A DNA stretch of 64,000 bases, from contig ML978127.1 of the NCBI GenBank assembly GCA_010015805.1, positions 1,054,001 to 1,118,000 of the forward strand, in the 5' to 3' direction. Shown here in pieces: positions 1 to 14,107 of the stretch. A model generated the notes under the pieces. That model worked only from the letters and a program-made list of their open reading frames with translations. It was not told the origin of the DNA and searched no databases. The stretch comes from Rhizodiscina lignyota (Eukaryota). Every line of letters starts with the position of its first letter. The stretch's first letter is position 1. Position numbers and translations under genes: made by a program.

Positions 1-576
1 TTCTCTGATGCGAGAGCTTGCTTCTGGTACGCCGAATGCTACTGAATATTACATGAAACGAAACTTATGGCATATAGGTGCATCGGAGGCCGCCATACAC
101 AGACATCTCGGTGGCCTACCTACGAAGACTATGTTCACGATAGTGTTGAGCTACCTCTTGCAGCCGCGAGAGTATTCGCAACCTCGGTCGCCCCAAGTCT
201 AGCGCAGAAACCATTCCGCTTCATCTTCTGCAGTGGAGACTCCACCGAGCTTGATCCAAGCAAGAGCTTGTGGATCATGGGAACGACGAGAAAGGTCAAG
301 GGGAAGGCTGAGAAAGGCCTCTATGAACTTGCGGATCAGTGCCCGACGGAGTTTGAGGCTTACAGTGCACGGCCATGTGGCATTTACTCACCAAACCCGA
401 ATATAAAAGAGCGGCTCCTGACAACCTTCGTGTTGCCGTCATTGAGGGTAGAGGCTCTGGCAGCGACCATGGTCTATTTAGCGAAAGAGGGATACGACCA
501 AAGGATCGTTGATCACAAGACAGCAAAGGAGCTCGGAGAACGCCTGCTCGAGAAAGAAAAAGAAGGCAATATTTGA
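1..576 (+). CDS. 3' part of an NAD(P)-binding Rossmann / epimerase-like protein (5' truncated by window edge)
   Basis: Exon 1-26 (FSDARACFW) splices via a GT-AG intron at 27-77 to CIGG...; KPFRFIFCSG...RKVKG.AE pattern typical of fungal atypical SDR/epimerase proteins; stop at 576. Confidence 0.6.
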
Positions 577-820
577 CAATTACCTCGAAGTGTCTGAATG
601 AGTGTGTGTGCTTACAAAACAGGAGTAGTGGAACCAGTGTGTTGTGTACCACGATTGTTTCTTTAGTATGTTACATTCAAACTTCTCACCCATGTACTGA
701 AGGAAAGTCTATTGTGTATGTGATGTCAGAAAGGAAATACTGCAAAACACCTTCCAAAATCTCTACGCTTAAAAAGGGTTACAATAATCATCGACCTCGA
801 GAATTGATACTGCATCATAA

Positions 821-2325
821 TCAATCATAGATATAGCACATATCGTAATCGATAGTCGACATCGCCTGCTCATGAGTGATCGTTGGTCCCACTGTGCCAA
901 AGGACAACGGATCCTGGAGTGTTACAAGCGGCGCATTCGGGGAATCTGTGTTTCGATGAGCATCATCGTGCATGACATGGCACCCTTGAAACTGTGACAG
1001 CATACCAGTGAAAGGAACAGTTGTACCGCCAAGTGCCAGCTTTCGGTTCTCGAAGTCTTGTCCCTGCCAAATTGCCCATATGCGATCCAGCTGCGCGTGA
1101 TGCAAGTAGAAGACAGGATCTCCAGGACTCGCAAAAGGATCATTCTGCAGACCGCCAATGGAGAAATGTCCAGCGGAATGGACCTGTTGCTGAGTTTGCT
1201 GCTTCACGTAGCGACCCTTAGCGTACGGCCTAGAAGGCGCATTCACTGGAATAGTCTCCCAGCCATCAGCGCGCTTCTCAAGGCAAACAACATCAGGACA
1301 CTGAAGGAGATAGACAACATTATTGAGGCAAGACTGCTGTGACCAGGACGGGTTGATATCGCGTGTCAGACATCGAGGGTTATAATCGAGTGCTGAAGGA
1401 GCGGAGGTGTTGGCAGTAGGTCCGGCATTCTCCAGTGGCAGCGCAGCCAAAACTACCCTATTTGCGGGAGCGATTGTTGGCGACAATCCCAAGTGAACAG
1501 TGAGGTCTTGGAAAGGGCCCTTGTAGACGCACCCTCCGCCAGTTCCTGGGGTAAGTTCAAGATGGAGACCGAACGCTGTAAGTGTCGTGTTTCCATGCGG
1601 CTCATATCGACCATTACTGCCCATTGAATATCTGCCACCGTCGAATACTGGAGATTTGCGTTGATCGCGGCAATGTGGAACCCAGTCCCAGTACGGAATC
1701 GGTCCCTTATATCCACACTCGTCCTTCAACGCTTTCGAGTACAAGTGCGTTAGATATCGGTGCCAGGCGTACAAGTTGCCATTGAAATGAATATAATCCG
1801 ACTGTTGGATGTGTACCGCAACGAAGTCATCTAGGCGATTGAGCGCTCCCGGAACATCAGACGGATTGCTCTTGGCTGGTGACCTTTTGACGTCGTAGAG
1901 GCACTGGACTATCACCAGAATCTCAGCAAACGTAATGAGCAGTAGTGAATCAAGGTCAAGATACTCACCAGCTGAAATATATCGTGCTCGGTCGGTTTCT
2001 TTTATGGAGCTCCTGAAAAGATTAGCATCAAGCCATAATCTGATGGCCCATTGAAATAAAATTGGAGCTGTCTGACTTGCCATTCTTTCCGCGTAACAAC
2101 GCTGTCCGCATCACAAGTAGGCAATGCATTCAGGCAAGCCTTGTTTCCATTGCATTCTTTCTTTTGTTCGGATCGTTGTTTTAGAATATTATTCATGGTG
2201 TTCTTATAGTTGTTGTACAGCTGTTTAAAGTCCTGGGTGAGGCCGCGCTCTTCGACAGCTGGCGCTCCAAAGATGCCCTGGACCAGCAGCATGCCAAAAA
2301 TAAATAAGAAACTTGAGAGGCGCAT
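821..2325 (-). CDS. Secreted tyrosinase / di-copper-centre (type-3 copper) oxidase
   Basis: Signal peptide MRLSSFLFIFGMLLVQGIFG; RKEW motif; CuA (VH...IHFNGNLYAWHR), ECGY.G.IPYWDW, CuB (HSAGH...SPGDPVFYLHHAQLDR), C-terminal CYIY. Introns at about 2080-2013 (GC-AG) and 1968-1909, plus probable in-frame introns downstream. Confidence 0.92.
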
Positions 2326-3394
2326 GTTGGCGATCAGTCAGAAGCCGACTTGTAATGAAGGGGAAATTAAGAACTCTGAAGGATTTGACTGAAGTAAGAG
2401 AACGCGTTGGAGGAATTATAGAAATAAAAGAATGCAATACCACATCTACCAGTCTTGTCCTGCAAATAGCACAGTCTCCTCAGCTCTGAAGGTTTACGAG
2501 AATGCCTTCGTCTAATAGCTTGGAACAGAAGCTCTGGCCAACAGAGGGCTCTGTCCAGGAAGGCGCTGTCCAGAAGAACAGCTTATAGCAAGATACAGAT
2601 GTTCTCGTTACACAGAATATTGACCGGCAAAGAGACCAGCTGAACATTTACTCAGAACGAAGGCTGTAAGTTTAATGAAGCCGAAGTAATGTGGAGCATC
2701 TTCTCTAAGGCCAATCAGCTCCGGGTGGGAGATGACGACGAATTTCGTCATGTTTGGAAGTGCTGACAACGAAAGGCAAAATGTTCAGCACGATGCTTCA
2801 CCGAATGAGGCTCTACAGAGATTATGCTTCCCGGCTCGATAAACCTACGCAGGTACGATGGAGGGTAGATAGGGAGGCTGAAGTCGTATGTTTGGACCGA
2901 GCACCAAAGAAACGTGCCAATTGTAGCGCAAAGATGCCTGACTGTCTGGAGATGCAAGTAACCATGTTGCTCAGCCACGTTCTGGGCGAGCGCGACAACG
3001 TTCATGTGCCAAGGAGAACGATGGTGTCAGGTAGGGTAACGATGGTCGAGTGAAGGCCTTCTCCGTTACGGAGCTGGAAACTGACGTAGTACAAGAGAAG
3101 ACCTCGGCGGACAGCTACAGAGCCTGACCACAGCCATGTGCTCACGATATTATCTTTGTACAACTTCAAAATAAAGAATGATTGAAGAGCTGAGTCAACG
3201 AAGCCGCAAGAAGAACCGAAGCGGGAAGTGCCGCAAAGTCCTCGACGTCGCATTCTGCGTATCTGCAGTTCACGAGCAACATCCACGGTAAGGCCTCTGT
3301 TACGCAGTAACCCATTGACAAGCTTTGCTAACAATAGACCTCATTTTATGATAGCTACGAATCTAGGCTAACGATGAACATGTAGGGAGTAGGC

Positions 3395-4795
3395 TTAGCC
3401 GAGCAAGCTGCAAGCGTCCCTGACTTGTTCATTCATGTCCACCCCCCATATCCACTCGAACCGTTCGGTCAAGTCCTCTTCGATCTTGGTGACATCATCA
3501 CCTCCAGGACCTTTGAAAGCATAAACCATACCACATTGACGACTGGTTGAAACAACCTTCTGGGAACGCGGCCTGCGAATTGCGTCATATGCCGCAAAGG
3601 CTTTGCTCGTGTCGCATGCGGAACGTATGCGCTCATCATCAAGCAAGCACGAGAGGACAAGTGCATCTTCCAGTGCTTGCCCAGCACCCGCACCTTGGTG
3701 CGGCGTTGAAGCATGCGCAGCATCTCCAAGCAGGGCAACTCGACCTTTCACATATGTCGACGCAGGCTTGTGATCGAACAGTGCCCATATGTCGACACTC
3801 TCGATGAGCTGGAGAGTATTCTTTGATCAGCTCGTACATTGCTGCAAGTAACTGAACGACTCACTGTACCTTTACCACCCTTTCAACGGTCTCTCCGAAC
3901 CCTACAAAATCTCGCCTCATGTCAACAACACGGCCCTTTAACACCCAGGTCTCATGATCCCAAGTCGAATCCATGTCCTTGAATCCAACTACATTCATAG
4001 TGGCTCCCTTGTCGATAGGATAAGTCAACAAGTGGCCTCCATACCCAAGGTACCTGCGCCAAGCCGTGTCAGCGATATGTCGTTCAACCTTGGCTCTCCA
4101 GGAAGGAGGAGCTGTCAACGAAGAACAGATTGACTGTACATTTGACTGTTTCCGGCAAGGTACTCCCCGAGGGATATTTTTGCTCTTTCCATCGGGACAA
4201 GACCTCTGTAGGCATACTTGCCACTGAACGCCAAGCCCTGTGAGGCGCTTTCCTCCCCGAGCACGAAACGGCGGACCTGAGAACGGACACCGTCACACCC
4301 AACCACCGCGTCTGCCGATGCCGTTGTCCCGTCTTCAAATCGAAGTTTCAGCTTGCCTCCTCCGCTGCTTTCCAAATACGTTAGTCGTTTGTTGAATTGA
4401 GCGACTTCCTCTGGCACCATTGCTGCGAGCTCTTCAAGAAATCTTGCTCGGTGAACGCTACTCAGGCCCGTCTTGTCTCTGTCTGTCGTCCGGACTTTAG
4501 CAATGAGTTGTGATTCGCGTTCCCCTGAGCGAAAGTTGATCCACGTTGCTTCCTCCTCTTTTTCTTCATTCTTCGTAGCCAATTTCAAAAATACCTCTCG
4601 AATCTTCGGATCAATGAGTCTCATAGCCTCAATAGAATTCGGAGAGAACGCGATACCAGCGCCTACCTCGGCAAAGCCAGAGGCAGCCTCGAAAATTTGA
4701 GCTGACACTCCTCGACGATGGAGACCGATGGCAAGCGAAAGGCCACCAATACCTCCGCCAACAATCGCGACGGTGAATGGCTTAACAGGCTTCAT
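3395..4795 (-). CDS. FAD-dependent monooxygenase, salicylate 1-hydroxylase-like
   Basis: AIVGGGIGG FAD-binding motif, VGAGI, VHRARFL, GCDGVRS, AYRGLVP, GDAAHASTPHQGAGAGQALEDA; three exons (ORFs 4115-4795, 3861-4118, 3395-3751). Confidence 0.93.
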
Positions 4796-5934
4796 ATTTG
4801 CGATAACTTTTGCAATTGGAGAGAAGTGAGACGTTGGTGTTTCTTGATAATTGCTGATAGATTAGCACTCTGGGCGAAGGCTTGAACTAATCTTTTGTTC
4901 AGTTTAAGGAGCCATCAGTAGCCAAGATCCAGAAGTCAACCCATTAACCCAATAAGTGTCAACAATTACGATATCTTTCTGGCTAATTTTAGAGTAGAGT
5001 CAGCTTTTGCACTTGGCTGCACAACATCGCCTACCCCGTCTCAGCCATCATCGTATTCATCATCAGCCTCATAAACGTCAAAAAGAAATGCGCTTAGCAA
5101 ATCAACATTAGTTTGCCGGAGCTTCATATCAAAATGAGCTTGCGAGTCAGCTCAGGCTGACGAGTTACGATGTTGCACAACACATGTATCGGTCGTGGTA
5201 TTGTTCCGCCGGATCACAACATCAGATTCGTAAGATATTTCTTTTGTGAATGTCGCACAGCATGTGATGTACCTTCCATTGAAGGAGAAGCGTGCGAGCG
5301 ACACTCAAATTCGAATTTCAAAGTCGGTGAGATAGAATCGTATTTTCGTCCATTGTTCGTAATGGACTTCAAACCTTCGAATGTCTTGGAAACCTTGGAA
5401 ACCCTTGGAATACCTTTCATTGCGTTAATTTCGGAAATATTTCGTGTCGTAGTTTCAGAGACGCTGCCATTGTCAGTAAAGGGAAAGCCACAACACTTTC
5501 CTTGACCGGATCTGAACAATATTGTCGTATCGGTCCGAAAGAGGTTGGCTCGGGGGCAAGCAATGACGAATCGGATTAGCTCAGTGTGTATGTGACTGAG
5601 GTTTCTGTAAACCTCCCGTTGGGAGCGTATTGTATGATTGGTGAAATCAGCCCTTAGACTTTCACCGTGAGATCATTATTCGCGACAGGTGGCAGGTACA
5701 CCTCAGAACTCGCGATGCGTTGAGGTGTATATAAACTTTGTTTCCAGTATTCCTTCCGATTCTCGCCACCCCAACAATTTAGACTCGCGCGCTCCTCCGT
5801 GCTTCCCACTTCGGCCATTTACCTTCGCCGACCCTTCGCCGAACATAATCTCATTCTCTCTTGCAAAACACTACTTCTCTCACCCTTCTCTATCTCTGTC
5901 TCGAGGCGAATTTGTACTCCTCGTTTCGTCTATC

Positions 5935-8900
5935 ATGTCTCCGTTTCTTGATGGTGTGTCTGATCAAAATCGCTCGGCGTTATGCGGGCTGCTAACGAGT
6001 GTTCAGTTGACGCGGAGTCCAGCGATTCTTTTTCAGTTGTAAGCGGTCAAAATGTCCATGCATCTCCGGAGCAGTCTCGACAGGTATGTCAGTTCCTCTA
6101 AAAGAAAAATACGACTTCAAGCCCCTTTTTGGCACCAGACAGGCGGATTCATCTTCGAGGCAGACACTTACGGAAGACAGCTTTATCTGGACGATATCGC
6201 CGTGGTCGGAATGGCCTGCCGTGCCGCAGGAGAGAACGACTCTCCCGAAAAGCTGTGGGACTCCATCCTGGGGAAAGTGGTCGCCTCCAAAGAGATGGAT
6301 CCAGCAAGGTGGGAGCCTTACAATCGCCGCGATAGCCGGAACCCAAAGATCCTGAAAGAGACCACTTCTCGGGGGTACTTTGTAGACAACATCGGAGACT
6401 TTGACAGCACCTTCTTCGGCATATCACCTAAAGAAGCTGTGCTCATGGATCCGCAACAACGCATAACGACCGAGATCACCTGGGAAGCACTAGAAGATGC
6501 TGGTATCCCACCCCAGAGCTTGGCTGGATCTAACACTGCGGTGTACATGGGTGTCAACAGTGACGACTATTCGAAGCTCCTGCTCGAAGATCTTCCGGGT
6601 GTCGAGGCCTGGATGGGCATTGGGACCGCTTACTGTGGCGTGCCAAACCGCATCTCATATCTCTTGGACCTTCGTGGACCATCTACTGCGGTCGATGCAG
6701 CATGCGCATCATCTCTGGTCGCTGTTCATCACGGGCGACAATCCCTTTTGGCGAGAGAGACCGACATTGCTATTGTCGGTGGAGTCAATGCCATCTGCGG
6801 CCCTGGCCTTGTCCGTGTCCTTGACAAAGCTGGTGCTATTTCCAAAGATGGAATGTGCCGTTCCTTTGATGACGGTGCCAACGGTTACGGCCGTGGAGAG
6901 GGTGCTGCTGTGATTATTCTCAAGCGAATGACCGATGCTCTCCACAACAAGGACCGCATTCTAGCAGTGCTGAAAGGTTCCGCCGTCGGGCAAGACGGAC
7001 GAACAAATGGCATCATGGCTCCCAACGGTCTCGCACAAGAAGCGGTCGCTCGCCAAGCGCTTGGCAACATCTCCCCTGCTACGATCGAATACGTCGAAGC
7101 GCATGCAACGTCTACATCTGTCGGTGATCCGGTAGAGATCGGTGCCATGTCGAAAGTCTACGGAGCGAATCGGCCATTGGACCTACCCTGCTATATTGGA
7201 AGCGTTAAGCCCAATATCGGCCACCTCGAGGCTGGGGCAGGCGCAATGGGCTTTATCAAGGCAGTACTGGCTATTCGGAACGGAATCATACCTCCGCAGG
7301 CCAATTTGAAGACTCCAAACAAGAAAATTGATTGGGCGTCCGCCGGCTTGAAAGTACCAACTAATCCTGTGTCGTGGCTTCAACACGATGGCCAAAGGAG
7401 AGCAGCGGTGTGCTCATACGGATATGGTGGCACTGTCTCGCATGCCGTGATCGAAAGCGCTCCACCTGTCATAGGGCTCTCGAATGATGACGACGGAAAA
7501 GAGCCGACAATTCTGGTCTTGGCTGCTCCCCAAGAGAAACGATTAGCGGCAAGCGCAAGAGCTCTTGGTAGTTGGACCGAACGGGAAGGCAGGGATACTC
7601 CACTGAAGTCTATCGCTTCAACCTTGGCTACCAGGCGCGGGCATCACGATTACCGTATCGCTTTCATCGTTGACGAGCGATCTGAAATTGGTGACCTTGT
7701 TACTAAGTTGTCTTCTGACACGGCTGTACCAGAGATTGTGAGTGGCCGGTCAATCACGCAGAAAGAACATGTGGACGCATGTTGGATGTTCAGTGGCCAT
7801 GGAGCACAGTGGCCCGACATGGGCAAGGAGCTCCTTGTTCACGAACCCGTCTTCCGTTCAACTGTCGAAGAACTCGATCCGATAATCTATGCAGAAGTGG
7901 GCTTTTCTCCGTTCTCTGCTCTTGCCGAGGGCAAAATGTCGTCTTCCGATGAAGTCCAAATCCTCACGTATGTCGTCCAAGTTGCGCTTGCGTCTCTTCT
8001 ACACAGCAAAGGGGCGCAACCCGGTGCCATCATCGGTCACAGTGTTGGGGAGATTGCAGCTTCGGTTGTAGCAGGCGCACTAACTCCTGAAGAGGGAGCC
8101 ATTGTTGTATCCAGGCGTGCGAAGCTCTACCGCGAGGTCATGGGATATGGAGCAATGGCCTTGGTCCACATTCCCTTCCATGAAGCCTCTGACCTGCTTA
8201 CGAATCGATCCGACCTCTTTGCCGCCATCGACTCATCACCAAGCTCTTGTGTCGTCTCCGGCACTGTCGATGCCGTGAAACAATTCTCCGCTGAGTGCCA
8301 AGGACGTGGCATAAAGGCTCTCCAAGTGAAGTCCGACATTGCATTCCACTGTCCCCTCCTGAACAGTCTCACGGTTTCCCTATCTGCTGCCCTCACAGGT
8401 GCCATCGAACCACAACAGCCTACTGTAGCACTCTACTCCACTGCATTTGCAGATGCTCGAGTTGATGCACCACGAGACGCGGCGTACTGGGTCCGCAACA
8501 TGCTGCAACCAGTTTTGCTCAGGAATGCAGTTTGCACTGCCGCAGAAGATGGCCACAAGGTCTTCATGGAAATTTCAAGCCATCCAATTATCAAACACTC
8601 TGTAGAAGAGACACTGATGGACATGGACTGCGAAGATGCACTGGTTATCCCGACTCTGCTGCGCAGCAAGCCGACACGCAAGAGCATTCTCAAGTGCTTA
8701 GGTGCATTGTGGTGCAAAGGCATATCCATCGACTGGCAGAAGCTTTTCGCGGGAGTAAAGTGGACTCCGAATGTCCCAAAGACGCAATGGATGCACCAGA
8801 CCTATTGGAAAGAAATCAGCACTGGTGCAACTGAAGGCTCTAAAGTGCACGACGTGGATTCACATACTCTGCTTGGTCAATGTATACCCATTGCCGGAGC

Positions 8901-11436
8901 ACATGCGACACTATTCACCACCAAGATTGACGAGAACACAAAGCCTTTCCCGGGTAACCACCCTCTCCACGGTACGGAGATAATACCTGCGGCTGTTCTC
9001 TTCAATACCTTCCTGCATGCGACGGGCGAGAATAGTCTAAGCAACATCAATCTTCGAGTTCCGGTTGCCATTAGTGCTCCAAGGGATGTCCAGATCCTTG
9101 CGCAAGATTCCGAGATTTGCCTTATGTCTCGACTGATTCAGGCAAATGATGATGAGACAGACCGCTCTTCATCGTGGCTAACGCATACCACTGCATCAAT
9201 CAAACAAGGTGCAGCTAACGAAGGATGTGTCTCTGATATCGACATCGAGGAAATCAGAGGACGCATCGGTACGGAACTCAAGAGCACTTTCTCTATCGAC
9301 TATCTGGATAGCGTCGGAGTATCCGCCATGGGCTTTCCATGGGCAGTGACACAACATATGGGAAACACCAAAGAAATGCTGGCCCAAGTGGATACCTGCC
9401 CTTCTTTGCCTGATGATGCTCTGCTGCCGTGGCACTCTGCATCCTGGGCACCCATTTTCGACTCCGCGACATCCGTTGGCTCAACTTTGTTTTACGAGAC
9501 ACCACGACTTCGTATGCCAGCACATGTTGAGCATGTAACGGTCCGCGAGGGTGCTGTTCCCCCTAAGACCGCCTACATATATGTTCAAGAAGCTTGTGCA
9601 GATGAGAAGAATCTTGCCGTACACGTCACAATCACGGACGAGACTGGTCAAACGCTCGCAAGACTTCACAACATGAAGTTTGCCGAGATTGAGGGTACTC
9701 CTGGAGCAAGGGAGAGTGCGGATGGACTGGTCCATCAATTGGCTTGGCCTCCAGCAAAACTCCGTGAGGTACCTCTGCCGATGAAACATGTCTTCCTAAT
9801 TGGAGACTGCACTAGTCCTCTGCTCTCCAGCTACCAGAGACAGCTCGAGAAACGTGGAATCAAAACATCGCTTGCGCCCTGTATCAGTGGCGTTTCCAGT
9901 GGAGATTTGGCTCAAACCTCGGAGGGGAGACTAATCGTGTATTTGCCGGCGGAGGTCAAAGACATCGACGCAGTTTCGGAGGCCGCTAACCAAAGCTGCA
10001 AAGATTTGCTGGATATTGTCAAGGCTGTTGCGGCCTGCGGTGGGAAGTATCGCATATATGTCGCTACCAATGATGCCCTAAGCGGTGCCATTCCAACCGG
10101 ACTTGCTCATGCTCCACTGGTCGGCTTGTCAAGGATCATCGCAGCGGAGCATCCCCAACTTTGGGGAGCTCTGATTGATCTTGATTCCGACCTCTTCCCT
10201 TTTCAGGCTGTGAAGCACGTCTCTGACGTCGATGTCATCAAGATGGCCGACGGCATCGCTAGGATTGGTCGCCTTCGTCCGATGCCAAGGGAAAAGCTAC
10301 TACCGGCAAGCGCAGCTAGTCGTTTCGAGCCAAAAGCCAGAGGCACTTATGTTGTGTCTGGTGGCCTTGGAGCTCTGGGTCTTGAAGTCGCAGCCTTCCT
10401 CGTAGAGCGTGGAGCAAGAAGAATCGTTCTGCTATCTCGACGTGCTTTACCGCCTCGCAAGCAGTGGGAACAAGCAGAAGGATCACTGGGCGAAGTCATG
10501 CGCAAGATCGAAGCGATTGAGAGTACCGGAGCGTCGATACACACGCTTGATGTTGACCTATCAAGCCCGGAAGCAGCAACGATGCTCATGGCCCGTCTCG
10601 AGGCGATGGGACTGCCGAAAGTCCTCGGCGTCATCCATGCTGCCGGCGTACTCGAAGACCAAATGGTACTTAACACGACCCGGGAATCGTTCAATCGGGT
10701 TCTCGCTCCCAAAATTGCCGGCGCTCTTGCTCTTCACAAGGCCTTCCCTCCCGGCTCGGTTGATTTCTTCATGCTGTTCTCAAGCTGCGGTCAACTTTTC
10801 GGCTTCCCAGGACAGGCATCATACGCGAGTGGCAACGCCTTCCTGGACAGTCTCGCCGAGCATCGCCGAGCTTTCGAAGATAACTCGGTCGCTTTCCAAT
10901 GGACAAGCTGGCGTGGCATGGGTATGGCTGCGAGCACTGATTTCATCGAAGCTGAACTGGCGACTAAGGGTATAACTTCGGTCTCTCGGAATGAAGCGTT
11001 TCTCGCCTGGGATGAGGTGGCGAAATATGACATCTCACATGGCGTTGTACTTCGTGCGCTGCCCTTGAATGCGGATGAACCCCTCCCAGCGGACATTTTG
11101 GAGGAAATCGCTGTTCGCTGCCAACCCACCGCCAAAGATGTCAGTTCATCAGAGGCAGCGAATACGTCAAACGTTATGCCACCGCCAGGGCAGGACCGTT
11201 TCGCATATCTGGAGAAGAAGATCACCGAGTGCGTCGCCACTGTCTTACAGATGAATACCGCAGACGTGGATGCCAAAGTTGCACTGCCGGAATTGGGCAT
11301 GGATTCGGTGATGACAGTCACTTTGCGGAGGCAGCTGCAGCAGGTCTTGAAAGTCAAGATCCCGCCGACACTGATTTGGGGCCATCCGACCGTGTCGCAT
11401 TTGACGAAGTGGTTTGTGGAGCAGCTAAGTGGTTGA
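5935..11436 (+). CDS. Iterative type I partially reducing PKS, 6-methylsalicylic acid synthase (MSAS) type: KS-AT-TH/DH-KR-ACP
   Basis: About 1780 aa; KS DAACASS / EAHATST / KPNIGHLEAGAG; AT GHSVG and DIAFH; HPLHGTEIIP; KR GGLGALG and YASGN; ACP LGMDSV. Proposed ATG 5935 with introns 5954-6006 and 6084-6180 restores frame to LYLDDIAVVG. Confidence 0.95.
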
Positions 11437-11714
11437 ACGCAGCGAGCGCCTTCTTTTTTATCTTCCATATGCGGGCATGGTTTCTTTTCTTCGATTACTT
11501 CTGCTCTAGATTCGATTGCACTACTTCGTGCTGCATGATTAAACTTGTTTTGACATTCAAGTGTCAGTATGTCACATTTGAGACAGCGATCATAGGGATT
11601 CCGCACGACTTTCACCGTTGCTAGTTTCCAGTAGCTATAGACGATAGACCTCTCTCACGATACTGAATTCCAGAATTTGCACTTACACGAACTGCACGCA
11701 AACCATGAGAAACA

Positions 11715-13523
11715 TCAAGACCTCTTCCTGACCCTCATCATGGTACCGCCGCGCGGGGGCTTCGCTTCCATCGCCAACTCCTGGAAAATCCTATCGCCAT
11801 AAATTGTGTCCAATTTAGTATAGCTCGTACGAGGCTCTTTATTCGGTACCAGGTCTGCGATCTCGAAGTCGTAGTCACGAAGCGTCATAACTAGGATGAC
11901 CTTCAGCTCATTTACTGCCAAGTTCTGCCCTAAGCACGCCCTAGCGCCTCTACTAAATGTCCGGAACGCGTTACGAGGGGGCATGTTGTCTGGGTCCATC
12001 CACCGATCTGGTATGAACTCGTCCGGCTTCGGGTAGATTTTCGGATCGTACTGAAGGGTGTGTGGTGTGTTGACTACGACGACGTTGCCCATGGCATATT
12101 GTTTACCGGCGTAAGAGATGGTCGCGCTAAATTAAAGAGTCAACGATATATAGCGATTGGAGACTCGGGTTATCGCGTACTCATCCTCCGCTTGTCTCAC
12201 ACTAAATCCCACAGGAAACAATCTCAGGGTCTCTCGGATCACAGCACCAGTATATTCTAATTCCTCTAGCTTATGAGGGGATGCTTGAAGTATGTTTAGA
12301 GTTTCGTTGAAGTCTGGGTGGAGGATACGGGAATGCTCTTCTCTGAGTTTCTGAATAACTTCCGGATTTTTGGACAGTAGTATGTAGATGTACTGAAACG
12401 TGTTAATCCCTGATCCGCGAAATTATTTACGATACTTACGCATAAAGTGTCCGTGGTTGTGCCGTGGCCTCCAACGAGTAGTCCCTTAACACTGCCAAAT
12501 TTTAGCATGTATATCAGTATCGGTCCGCAGACTTACTTCGCTAACAGCAATTCAAGCCATTCGGGGCTGATGTCTTCGACGTCCTTTCCTTCTTTCAATT
12601 CCCCACCGTCCTGCAGTTGCTCACGCAGCATCAAGTCCAATATACTGTAAGGATCTTTCCTCGAGGGCACGATTTGATCCTGACGCAACATGCTGAGGCG
12701 GTTCTTGATTTGCGCCATGATGGAGGGATTCAGCCTCGCGAGAACGACTCTTCTCCTAAAGAATGTCGAAATGTGCACGAACGGGTTCCAGGAAAGCTGA
12801 TTTTCGGCAAGATGGATCATCTCCCTTAGATCTTCCAGGTATGAGCTCCCTTCTGTCTGTGCGTTGAGTGAGAAGTTAAAGAGGATCTTTCCGATAATAT
12901 CAAAGACTAGTTTTGCGCTGGTATCCTCCATCGAAAAGGTCTCTCCTGTTTTCGCTAGTTGGTCCAATGTGTTGCGGAAATGCATACACTCGTCAACGAA
13001 AACCGTCGTCAAGCTCCGAATGTGGCTCCATGAGAATGCAGGTACCATGGAGTTGTGCAACTTCTTCCAGACTGGTCCATTTGCGGCAGCAACGACATTC
13101 CTTCCTACCATGGGCGCGAGGTAATCGTCCGCCATTTGATGTATGGGGAGTACTCTCGTCACGGTCACCTGGTCAAGGAGTTCCGGGGACGTCAGGACGA
13201 GTTGCGGTTCAGCGGCCGGCCACAGATCCAGATAGAATAGGCCGTCCAGATTATACTTTTGCGCAATGACAGTCAGGTAGGCCTGGGGGTGCATGTTTGG
13301 CGGCAACGTTGCTGCAGCCTCGCCCATCACCTTAAGATGGCCCCATAGCCAACTGTGTGGTGGTCCGCGCTGCAATTTGTTAGATAGTGAAGAAGCCACA
13401 AACTGTGAATGAGCATACTAGATCTCTGAACCGCCTGCGGTGTCTGTACATGCGGTACGCGAAGTTTAGGAGCCATGCTGACGCTAAGGAGAGCACGACA
13501 ACTAAAATCGATCCAATTGCCAT
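11715..13523 (-). CDS. Cytochrome P450 monooxygenase
   Basis: Membrane anchor MAIGSILVVVLSLASAWLL, PPHSWLWGHLK, I-helix GGHGTT, ETLR, PDRW, heme motif FSRGARACLG; multi-exon. The N-terminal pattern resembles StcS/AflN-like P450s (inference). Confidence 0.93.
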
Positions 13524-14107
13524 GACACGACGGAAGCCAACTAGTTCACAATGACAGTTGGTAGATCGCGTCGCACAAAGACAAAAAGGGACACAGAGTA
13601 TTTCGTTCAGCGGAGACCAATGCGAGAAGGATTACTCCGTATGTAATACTCGTGCAAAGACACTGGCCGAAGTCAAGATTGGCTGCTGACTTCGCGCCTA
13701 TCGCGCCTAGTCAAAAGCCTGGAAACGATCCGATTGGCCACATGCTACTCCTCCCCTGTATTAAGATAGTGCGACAAGTCCTACCGCAGCTTTCGGCTCA
13801 ACAGGTATCGCGCGAGAGCGCAGTAGTCTGTTGCACCGAAAGCTGCGGCATCTGTTAATTCGCTAGCTTGAAAAAATTAACTTGGAAATGGCAATCTTTG
13901 ATTTGTCATGGCTATGTGCAATGCGAGGTAACGACAACCAGAAAGACAACCGTAACAGACCGTAGTCATACTTTTTACAAAACCAAACAATTGTCATGAG
14001 AACAAGTAGAGAAAATGGCCCAGCAGCCAAAAGTTACTCCAGCTTCTTGCTAAATCCATCTTTCCCACGTTGCTCCAGAGTCAGAAATAAAGCGCTTTAT
14101 GATAAAT

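Noticed and set aside
2748..3334. Two adjacent minus-strand ORFs between tyrosinase and FMO as an extra cluster gene
   Set aside because: No recognisable motif or splice model; could be a decayed gene but unsupported.
10791..11615. Long antisense ORFs over the PKS (also over the CAR at 21927-22697 and the cyclin 3' region at 59802-60470)
   Set aside because: Shadow frames of coding or UTR sequence with no protein-like motifs.
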